Assembly: GCA_949282945.1 (NCBI GenBank)
Contig: CASDQQ010000050.1
Coordinates: 1-57,559, forward strand
Length of the DNA stretch: 57,559 bases
Direction of reading: 5' to 3'
DNA from: an uncultured Eubacteriales bacterium
GTDB taxonomy: Bacteria > Bacillota > Clostridia > UBA1212 > CASDQQ01
Position numbers and translations under genes: made by a program. Positions 8,643-15,980 of this stretch are shown here, piece by piece (within the stretch, counting starts at the first letter, position 1; each line of letters opens with the position of its first letter). Below the pieces are notes generated by a model. That model worked only from the letters and a program-made list of their open reading frames with translations, did not search any database and had not been told where the DNA came from.

Positions 8643-10820
8643 TTATGTCATATCCACATAAATCTCCTCCGATTCGGCGATGATCTTCCCGTTGCTGACA
8701 GCATCCATTTTTATATAAATCCTGCCTTGCCCGGGAAAAGTGAAAGCATATTTTTCTCTTGAAAACATATGTCCCCCTCCTTTATATCTGTTGACCTCTA
8801 CTCCGCATAGGGAAAAATTATATTTCCCGCTTTCTTTCCCATAATGTATGGTATAACTTCCGGCTCCTTCTATTCTCGGAAAATCTACCTGTACGCACTC
8901 AAAAGCTGTTTCGGCTTTTATACTAAACGGCTTTACATCTCGCCGCCGGCTTTTTTCAGTAACTTTAGGAAAAACCGATATTTTAAGCCTTGAGCTTCCG
9001 TATGGAATAAGAATGATACCCTCTGCTTCGGCGGCGTTTTCTTCAACGCCTTCCCGATCAAAAACATCTCCGTTGTTTCCCCATATTTTCCAGCTTTTCA
9101 TAATTTGTCCCTTAGCTTTTATAAAACATGGCGGATCTTTTGGCGAAAAAGGCTGCTCGGGCAGATTTTCATTTTCTTCGTACTCAAATCCCCCGCTGTA
9201 CAACGCGTAATTCCATCTGCTCATGGGAAAAATTTCCACGCACGGTCCGTCCTGGTGAGAGTCGTATTTAATCTCACGAAACTGGTTATGCTCTACTACG
9301 CGGTAATCCTCTTTTATAGGAAGGCAATATAAAAGAACTCCTTTTTTCACATATCTTCCGTTATTATGCCATTCCCTAACTTCTATTTTTGAATCAAATT
9401 TAATGGTTATTTCATCTCCAGGTTTAAAAGTCCTTTCTATGGTTATATAATCCCCTGTTTTCTTGCCTTCTTCGCTTATACAGTATTTGTATTCCCATTC
9501 GGGAATCCTGAGCATAAGAGAAAAGAAAGCTTCCTCACCCTCGTAAACAAGTTTTACTTTATTTTTAAAAGGATACTCAGTTTCCTGCCTGAACCGCAGC
9601 TTCTTTCCGCCCTTTGTCAGCTCTACATTGTTAGGGCCATAGCATAAAAGGACAATTCCTTTTTCCGTTTCTCCCCACATATTCTGTACGAATTTAGGAA
9701 ATCCCATATGAGAGTTTGAAAAACAGCAGTCGAACCCGCAGGGAGCTCCAAAAGCCGAGCTGTCCCCGTGGTCGCAGTCAAATCCGTGATAGCCCTGTAC
9801 AGCCATCACTTCGTTTTGCATCTGATAATATGTATGCAGCCTCAGGTCATATGTAAAAACATTGGGAAGCGAATTATAGCAATAGGACTCCAGGATATCG
9901 TAAAGATATGATTCTCCAGATATTTCCCCGCATATTTCCATAGACAGCATACCCTCCACCACCGCGCAGCTTTCCGTTCCCCGGTACGGCAGATTATCCC
10001 TTGCGGCTTCATCCGCGTTGGGCAGTTTATCAATACGTCCGTGATCCTTACTTATATTTTCAAAACCGGCTTTTAAAGCCTCTTTATATTTTTTATCTCC
10101 GGTAAGGCGGTATTTAAGATAGGGTGTTTTCATGGCCTGAGTAGTATTTACCACATGATGCCTTACCTTGGTATTCTCGAAAATTTCCGGCCAGTCCTCC
10201 GTCTGCGATATAAGAAGCTCCGCCAGATCCCTGAGCCAGATTTTTTCTTCCCCTTTAACTCTTTTTATTTCGTCATAATACCACAAAACTACGTAAACAT
10301 TATCTCCGCCTCTGGCCCTGGCCCACGAATCCAGAGGATTTGACGGCAGGTTTTTTAACTGAAAGGAAAAATATTTTTCAAAAAAGTTCAGTATTTTTTC
10401 ACTATGTTCATATCTGAGCGCAAAATTTTCAGCTTCATACCAATCTTTAACCGCCATAAGCATGGGCATTTTAGCCCACCATTCCTTTTCCATGGCCAAC
10501 GGACCAAAATTACCGTCTTCTCTCTGGCTGTCAACAGCCCAGACAAGCCACTTTTCCGCTTTCTTTATAAGCTCCGTATCCTTTAGGGCATAGGCAAGGG
10601 CCGTAAGCCCCCTTACGTAATAAGGACCCCTTTCCCAACTTTCTCCGTCTCCGCCCAACCATCCGCTGTTTGGTCCGTAATCAGGATATTCCTCCATATG
10701 TCCTGTTATTCCGCTTTTCTGAAGTTCCAACTGTTTTCTTAAAAACCCCGTGGGTTCTACCGCTCCCAAAGGCGGCGTCTTAAAAATATTATTTATCATA
10801 ACTTCATTCAGTCTCTTCAT
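8643..10820 (-). CDS. Glycoside hydrolase family 127-like protein (beta-L-arabinofuranosidase/DUF1680 fold)
   Basis: N-terminal GESWERGPYYVRGL...SQREDGNFGP is typical of DUF1680 proteins. E-S-C (TESCAVVEG) and a downstream CC pair (GFDCCFSNSH) match the Glu/Cys zinc and nucleophile motifs of GH127 enzymes. Start uncertain: TTG 10829, ATG 10820 or ATG 10799. Confidence 0.5.
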   Translation of the reverse strand: MKRLNEVMINNIFKTPPLGAVEPTGFLRKQLELQKSGITGHMEEYPDYGPNSGWLGGDGESWERGPYYVRGLTALAYALKDTELIKKAEKWLVWAVDSQREDGNFGPLAMEKEWWAKMPMLMAVKDWYEAENFALRYEHSEKILNFFEKYFSFQLKNLPSNPLDSWARARGGDNVYVVLWYYDEIKRVKGEEKIWLRDLAELLISQTEDWPEIFENTKVRHHVVNTTQAMKTPYLKYRLTGDKKYKEALKAGFENISKDHGRIDKLPNADEAARDNLPYRGTESCAVVEGMLSMEICGEISGESYLYDILESYCYNSLPNVFTYDLRLHTYYQMQNEVMAVQGYHGFDCDHGDSSAFGAPCGFDCCFSNSHMGFPKFVQNMWGETEKGIVLLCYGPNNVELTKGGKKLRFRQETEYPFKNKVKLVYEGEEAFFSLMLRIPEWEYKYCISEEGKKTGDYITIERTFKPGDEITIKFDSKIEVREWHNNGRYVKKGVLLYCLPIKEDYRVVEHNQFREIKYDSHQDGPCVEIFPMSRWNYALYSGGFEYEENENLPEQPFSPKDPPCFIKAKGQIMKSWKIWGNNGDVFDREGVEENAAEAEGIILIPYGSSRLKISVFPKVTEKSRRRDVKPFSIKAETAFECVQVDFPRIEGAGSYTIHYGKESGKYNFSLCGVEVNRYKGGGHMFSREKYAFTFPGQGRIYIKMDAVSNGKIIAESEEIYVDMT

Positions 10821-11505
10821 TATCTTCAAAATTGTTTATACCTTCTACTTTTCCTACCGGCATGGAAAAAACTATGGCTCCGGCTTTGGTTTTTGTTCCC
10901 GCCTGTGTGATTATCGCCTTAATTATATCCGATTTAAGAGTAGTCCGGGTTACGATAAAAACCATTTCTTTTTCCGAAGCTATGGAAACTCCAAAAAACT
11001 TTTCCGTCTGGTCCTTTCCTGTTCCTTTCGCGTGTATGACTGTCCCACCGGTGGCTCCCGCTCCTCTGGCCGCGTCCATCACTGTATCTACATATCCTCT
11101 ATTAGCTATAGCTACTATAACATCATATTCATTCAAGGCTTTATCCATTTTTTCCTCCCCTTTCAGTCCTTCAGGATTCTCTCCTCCGGATAAATATTTA
11201 AAAGTAAGCGCGCCGCCCACACTGTTTATTGGAACGGTAAAAGCAATACCGTTCCCCGGCGCGTCAAATCTGAGTTTTGTCACCAATTTACGCATTGCTT
11301 TTTCTGCAGAAGCAGATGAGGCCGTACATAAAAGCATGCTTTTTTCCGGTTCCCCGAGTCCGAGCAGCTCCATTATCTCGTCAGAGGCAGTGCCTCTTCC
11401 CAGAGAAGACATTATCACCGGGATATTATTTTCAATTAAAAATGAAGTCAGCTTCTTTTCTTCGCTTCTGTTCACGATCACACACAGAAAGGAAATCTCG
11501 CTCAT
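10804..11505 (-). CDS. Tandem (two-domain) P-II-like signal transduction protein
   Basis: The second half (YDVIVAIANRGYVDTVMDAARGAGATGGTVIHAKGTGKDQTEKFFG..KEMVFIV..GAIVFSMPVGKVEGI) is a canonical GlnB/P-II-type fold pattern. The first half (ISFLCVIVNRSEEKKLTSFLIENNIPVIMSSLGRGTAS..) is a degenerate copy. ATG 11505 lies 7 nt after the upstream stop, with GGAGG upstream. Confidence 0.65.
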   Translation of the reverse strand: MSEISFLCVIVNRSEEKKLTSFLIENNIPVIMSSLGRGTASDEIMELLGLGEPEKSMLLCTASSASAEKAMRKLVTKLRFDAPGNGIAFTVPINSVGGALTFKYLSGGENPEGLKGEEKMDKALNEYDVIVAIANRGYVDTVMDAARGAGATGGTVIHAKGTGKDQTEKFFGVSIASEKEMVFIVTRTTLKSDIIKAIITQAGTKTKAGAIVFSMPVGKVEGINNFEDNEETE

Positions 11506-11512
11506 AACAAAT

Positions 11513-13045
11513 TTAATCCTCCAAATCAAGTTCTATGATTTCGTCGTCGGTCTCTTCAGCCTCATCCAAAGGCGCGGCCGGCTTGCTTCCATTTTTATAT
11601 TTATAATAAAGTCCCAATATCTGAATTGTAATCAACGGAGTCATAGCTACCATGGCCACGATTCCAAAAGCGTCCGTCATAATGTTCCCGCCTACGGCTT
11701 CGCAGGCGCCCATCGCAAAAGGCAGTAAAAACGTGGCGGTCATAGGCCCCGAAGCTACTCCTCCCGAGTCAAAGGCTATGGACGTAAATATCTTAGGTAC
11801 AAAAAACGCCAACCCTATAGCCAGAACATATCCTGGAATCAAAAACCACATTATGGATATTCCCGTCAGAACTCTTATCATGGAAAGTCCCAAAGATAAA
11901 GAAACTCCTATAGACAGACTTATTTTCATGGCTCCCGTGGAAATAGCTCCGTTAGTAAGCTCCTCAACCTGTTTATTAAGTACGTGTACCGCGGGTTCCG
12001 CAGCCACTATAAAATATCCTATGACCATAGCTATAGGAACCAATATCCAATTATACGCCGTTGAGACAAGCTGTTCTCCCAGGTATTTTCCAACAGGCAT
12101 GAACCCTACGTTAACGCCTGTAAGAAAAAGCACCAGTCCAAAGTATGTATATAAAATACCTATTAAAATTTTGATAGTCTGTCTTTTAGGAAGCTTCAGC
12201 GCAAATATCTGAAAAAGTGCAAAGCCGGCTATTATAGGCGAAAGGGATACCGCCACATCCTTCAAATATTCAGGGAAGCCTTTGGCGAATTCCTCCCACA
12301 GCTCCATTGAGTCGCTTATCTGAGGAATTATAAGCTGAGTATAGCTCCCCTCGGTAGGATTATAAAGCATTCCCAAAATAAGTACGGCTATTATCGGTCC
12401 CACAGAGCAAAGGGCTACAAGACCAAAGCTGTCATTCTGGGCGTGTTTGTCGCTTCTTATAGCGGATATACCAACTCCGAAAGCCATTATAAACGGCACA
12501 GTCATAGGGCCAGTTGTTACTCCTCCGGAATCAAATGCCACGGCAAGAAAATCTTTGGGGACAAACATAGAAAGAACAAAAACTATTGCGTAAAATACTA
12601 TAAGCATATAATAAAGAGGCACACTGAAAAGCATCCTTAATATAGCGGCTATAAGAAAAAGTCCCACTCCCGCAGCCACAGAAAATATAAGCACATTATC
12701 GGGAACCGCCGGTACCTGCGACGCCAGGACCTGCAGGTCCGGTTCCGCCACAGTCACTATAAACCCTACTAAAAAGCTGCTTATTATTATTATCACAAGA
12801 TTTTTGGTCTTAGTTATGTAGGAGCCGGCATGCTCCCCTATAGGAGTCATAGCCATTTCCGCTCCCAATGTGAACAGACCCATTCCTATAATGAGAAAAA
12901 CCGCGCCTATTAAAAAGGACAGCAACGCGCCCGCCGGAACAGCTACTATAGTAAAGCAAAGCAGCATAACTATTACCGTAATAGGCATTACCGAAGTCAG
13001 CGATTCCTTTATCTTTTCTCTTAATTTCAAATTAAATCTATTCAC
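11513..13045 (-). CDS. DUF1538 family polytopic membrane protein, internally duplicated
   Basis: About 12 hydrophobic segments. Two homologous halves each carry AFDSGGV(T/A)(T/S)GPMT (encoded at ~12484-12539 and ~11738-11779). Start set to GTG 13045 (AGAGGTG 5 nt upstream), 16 nt after the ypeB stop. Family name from recall. Confidence 0.6.
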   Translation of the reverse strand: MNRFNLKLREKIKESLTSVMPITVIVMLLCFTIVAVPAGALLSFLIGAVFLIIGMGLFTLGAEMAMTPIGEHAGSYITKTKNLVIIIISSFLVGFIVTVAEPDLQVLASQVPAVPDNVLIFSVAAGVGLFLIAAILRMLFSVPLYYMLIVFYAIVFVLSMFVPKDFLAVAFDSGGVTTGPMTVPFIMAFGVGISAIRSDKHAQNDSFGLVALCSVGPIIAVLILGMLYNPTEGSYTQLIIPQISDSMELWEEFAKGFPEYLKDVAVSLSPIIAGFALFQIFALKLPKRQTIKILIGILYTYFGLVLFLTGVNVGFMPVGKYLGEQLVSTAYNWILVPIAMVIGYFIVAAEPAVHVLNKQVEELTNGAISTGAMKISLSIGVSLSLGLSMIRVLTGISIMWFLIPGYVLAIGLAFFVPKIFTSIAFDSGGVASGPMTATFLLPFAMGACEAVGGNIMTDAFGIVAMVAMTPLITIQILGLYYKYKNGSKPAAPLDEAEETDDEIIELDLED

Positions 13046-13061
13046 ATAAACACCTCTTTTT

Positions 13062-14393
13062 TTATTGTGCCAGAATCCCCTTATCCGTGTCAAGAATAAT
13101 TAAAACGTCCTCTTCTTTTCCCGTCTGCGCGTTTATATATACAAGCATATCTTTATCGCCCATTTTTCCGATAAATTCATATACAAGTACTTCCGTACTA
13201 AACTCTGTGGGTATTACCGCAAGTCCTGTAGATTTAACCTCAAAATCAGAATTTATCAGACTCCTTGCGTCCGCCAAAGATACTTCGGCTTTAGGTTTTT
13301 CTCTGTCTATATGGCTGTAAATATATCCTTTCGTTTCCATACCCACTATCTCTCCGTTATCCAAAGCTACTTTGACCTTTATCATGTCAGGATAATATTT
13401 TATATCATTTTCATAATATACATAATTTATAGTGGCTATTCCACTCTCGTTCGTATAATAGGAATCTTTCATGTTTTTAAAGCCCTTTTTCTCTAAAAAT
13501 TCCGATCCTTTCTTTATAGCTTCGTCTACAGAAAGTTTACATACACCTATATCTCTGTTTTGAAGGGCCCAGAAAACATGGCCGCCCTTTTGAGTTATAT
13601 CTATATAGGCATCGTTGTCAGAATCGTTAAAACTTACTCTGAAGCTGTATACGTTTACTTTGGAATTTTCTGTAGCCTGGATATATTCTATAGATTTTAT
13701 CTTGCTGTCAGAATAGAAGTCTTTTACCTTATTTTCCGCCTCTTCCTTTGTAATATTTTCACCAGTCAGTCCTTTTGCCTCTGTTTCCGGTATATGATCT
13801 GAAAAAGGTCCGTCGTAAATGAGAGAAGGGTAATCTGTAAATGTTTTTATTATCCCGCCTACAGATATATCCTCAACTTCGTCTCCCGCTTCGCGTATGC
13901 TTGTCCACGTTAAATTTCCTTCGTTAATATCTTCCCAAACTATACTCAGGGACTTATTAAGCTCTGAAGCGTATTTATTCATATTTTTCAGAGTTTCTAC
14001 CTGTTCTTCCGTCAGCTTTTCACCTCCGGCGCTTTTCACGGACATAACATAAGCATAATCTCCCACCTGTACGAAAAATTTTGAGAGTTTTTCCGTTACC
14101 TCATTGGATACGGGAAGCTCGCTTAGATTGGTTTGTGCAAGAGCCGCGTTTCTCCATACTTCTTCAAGAAAATTGGCCGTCTTTTCCGTGGTAGACGTAA
14201 CCATTGATTTTACTAGCAGCATGTCTATATTATTGACATAATCCACCATTTCATAAAACGCCCTGTCATATGAATTTTCAATGTGGTCCTTATAATCGTT
14301 TACACGGCTTGTCTGGTATATCGTAAAAATACCCAGCAAAGCAAATGCCGCCAGTGAAATACTGAACGCAGTTTTCCATTTATTTTTTTTCAT
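13062..14393 (-). CDS. ypeB: Germination protein YpeB (PepSY domains)
   Basis: N-terminal membrane anchor. NSYDRAFYEM and EVWRNAALAQTNLSELPV blocks parallel B. subtilis YpeB (NNYQRAFHDL, VWRITSEAHNSVSQLPL). C-terminal PepSY-like repeats; 443 aa. Confidence 0.8.
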   Translation of the reverse strand: MKKNKWKTAFSISLAAFALLGIFTIYQTSRVNDYKDHIENSYDRAFYEMVDYVNNIDMLLVKSMVTSTTEKTANFLEEVWRNAALAQTNLSELPVSNEVTEKLSKFFVQVGDYAYVMSVKSAGGEKLTEEQVETLKNMNKYASELNKSLSIVWEDINEGNLTWTSIREAGDEVEDISVGGIIKTFTDYPSLIYDGPFSDHIPETEAKGLTGENITKEEAENKVKDFYSDSKIKSIEYIQATENSKVNVYSFRVSFNDSDNDAYIDITQKGGHVFWALQNRDIGVCKLSVDEAIKKGSEFLEKKGFKNMKDSYYTNESGIATINYVYYENDIKYYPDMIKVKVALDNGEIVGMETKGYIYSHIDREKPKAEVSLADARSLINSDFEVKSTGLAVIPTEFSTEVLVYEFIGKMGDKDMLVYINAQTGKEEDVLIILDTDKGILAQ

Positions 14394-14417
14394 AGTTTTT
14401 CCTCCTAAATAAAAATA

Positions 14418-14442
14418 GCAAGCATATTATTAATATGCTTGC
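14418..14442 (-). terminator. Hairpin terminator after acpS
   Basis: Palindrome GCAAGCATATTA.TAATATGCTTGC followed on the minus strand by TATTTTTATTT. It lies 29 nt after the acpS stop and only ~24 nt before the ypeB ATG. Confidence 0.6.
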
Positions 14443-14470
14443 CTGAATGAGGAAAAATATTCATTTTTTA

Positions 14471-14845
14471 TCAGTATTCCAAAACAGCAAATGCGATGGC
14501 GCTGACTCCGTCGTGAGAAATACTTATATCCATGGATTTTCCGCCCATATTTTTATATCTTTCCGCGGCTCCTCCGCTCAGACGTATTTCCGGCTTTCCG
14601 TTTTCTCCGTTCAATATCTCGATATCTGTAAGAAACACACCGTTTGCAAGTCCTGTTCCCAACGCTTTTGAAACGGCCTCTTTAGCCGCAAACCGCCCAG
14701 CAAAACTTTCCTCCGCCAAACGGCCTCTGGACTTACAGTAGTACGCCTCTTCTTCAGTATATGTACGAAAAATAAATCTGGGATTTTTTAAAGCCTCCGC
14801 CACTCTGTCTATCCTGACAATATCCACGCCGCATGAGACAGCCAT
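14471..14845 (-). CDS. acpS: Holo-[acyl-carrier-protein] synthase
   Basis: GVDIVRIDRV N-terminus, FAAKEAVSKALG and ISISHDG motifs; 124 aa. Confidence 0.9.
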   Translation of the reverse strand: MAVSCGVDIVRIDRVAEALKNPRFIFRTYTEEEAYYCKSRGRLAEESFAGRFAAKEAVSKALGTGLANGVFLTDIEILNGENGKPEIRLSGGAAERYKNMGGKSMDISISHDGVSAIAFAVLEY

Positions 14846-14867
14846 TTTTCATTTTCCTTTCTGCTCT

Positions 14868-15548
14868 TTAATTGTTTTTTATTATACCTTCATTATCACA
14901 AAGAAGCAAATCCGCTCTGACTTTGGCTCTTTCCTTAATGGACTCGGAGTCCATTTTCTTTATTTTATATTCTACGGAATCAGTTCTAAGCGTTTCTCTG
15001 GCATCCGCTCCCGCCTTTTTTCTGGTTATTATTTTTTCCGCCTTGCTAATATCCTCAGCGCTATTGTACAAATTGTCTATCTTACATATATTTTCCTTTA
15101 CCTCTGCTATTTTAGCTTTGGACTTTAACGTTTTTATCTCTTCAAGACGGGATTTCATTTCCCCCTCAAAAATTTTATATTCATCTCTTATTTTAAGGGC
15201 GTTTTCAACCGATTCTTTATGAGTCTCTCTGGCCTTTTCCAAAAGTATTTTTTCCTCTTCCTCAAGAATGAGCAGATCGGTAAGGAGCTCTCTGTCTTTT
15301 TTAGCCGTGGCCATAGTTATTTTTACTCCTATTCCTTCAAGTATCTGCTCATGCTTTTTTATTTCCATACGGGAAAATTCCGCATTGGTCTGTATTTCTA
15401 TAAGATTCTTTTCAGCGTTTTTCCTGGCTCTTTCTATCTTGTTTTTTACATCCTCAAGAAGCAGTTCTGTATTATTTTCTTCTATATTTCCTATAATTTT
15501 TTCAAAAAACCCTCTAACAAGATTTCCCATCCTTTTAAGAAATCCCAT
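14868..15548 (-). CDS. PspA/IM30 family membrane-stress protein
   Basis: MGFLKRMGNLVRGFFEKIIGNIEE amphipathic N-terminus followed by ~200 aa of heptad-rich coiled coil, the PspA/LiaH/IM30 pattern. ATG 15548 preferred over GTG 15572. Confidence 0.7.
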   Translation of the reverse strand: MGFLKRMGNLVRGFFEKIIGNIEENNTELLLEDVKNKIERARKNAEKNLIEIQTNAEFSRMEIKKHEQILEGIGVKITMATAKKDRELLTDLLILEEEEKILLEKARETHKESVENALKIRDEYKIFEGEMKSRLEEIKTLKSKAKIAEVKENICKIDNLYNSAEDISKAEKIITRKKAGADARETLRTDSVEYKIKKMDSESIKERAKVRADLLLCDNEGIIKNN

Positions 15549-15756
15549 CCGGCACCACCCTTTCCGACTCACATATTTCCTTATATTTTCTGCTTAGATA
15601 TCCGTAAAGTTTCTCATTGGCTATTATTAAGTAAGTATAGTAGTCCACCATTTCTTCCGATTCCGCGTAATTAAAGTTGCTCCTGGCCGCTTCAAGTCTT
15701 TTTCCCGCGTCTTCAAGTTCTTTTTTTAGCATTTTTGTTTCCTCTGAAATACTCAT
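15535..15756 (-). CDS. DUF2508 (YaaL-like) small protein
   Basis: 73 aa. AARSNFNYAESEEMVDYYTYLIIANEKLYGYLSRKYKE resembles the YaaL/DUF2508 core as I recall it. GAGGAGG lies 7 nt before ATG 15756. The 3' end overlaps the PspA-family start by 14 nt. Confidence 0.5.
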   Translation of the reverse strand: MSISEETKMLKKELEDAGKRLEAARSNFNYAESEEMVDYYTYLIIANEKLYGYLSRKYKEICESERVVPDGIS

Positions 15757-15911
15757 GATCATACCTCCTCATTAACAAATATATCCAAATTTTTCTATGT
15801 ATATTCATCTTTACCGGATTTTTATTTATATAAACAGGTATTGTTGTAATATTTTTGAATATTTGGAATATTTTAATTTGTAAATAAAATATGTTTTTAA
15901 TAAAAAAATCG

Positions 15912-15940
15912 TTGTATTTCCACTGTATTTTTGAGATAAT
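15912..15940 (+). promoter_or_regulatory. Putative sigma-A promoter of the VanW/YhaO/YhaN operon
   Basis: TTGTAT (15912-15917), 17-nt spacer, GATAAT (15935-15940), 40 nt upstream of the VanW ATG. Motif match only. Confidence 0.4.
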
Positions 15941-15980
15941 GTATCAGATAATACACACATAAGAAAGGTGTTTAGCAGTA

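Noticed and set aside
10832-11728. 298-aa + strand ORF antisense to the P-II-like and DUF1538 genes
   Set aside because: It lies entirely inside two well-supported minus-strand genes. Its Ser/Pro/Phe-rich low-complexity translation is typical of a shadow frame. It has no RBS and no recognisable motif.
14394-14470. Search for a sigma-G or sigma-F type promoter (GnATA, 17-18 nt, CATnnTA) in front of ypeB
   Set aside because: The only candidate (GAATA ... CATATTA) has a 20-nt spacer and lies inside the terminator palindrome. This is not convincing without a PSSM scan or 5'-end data.
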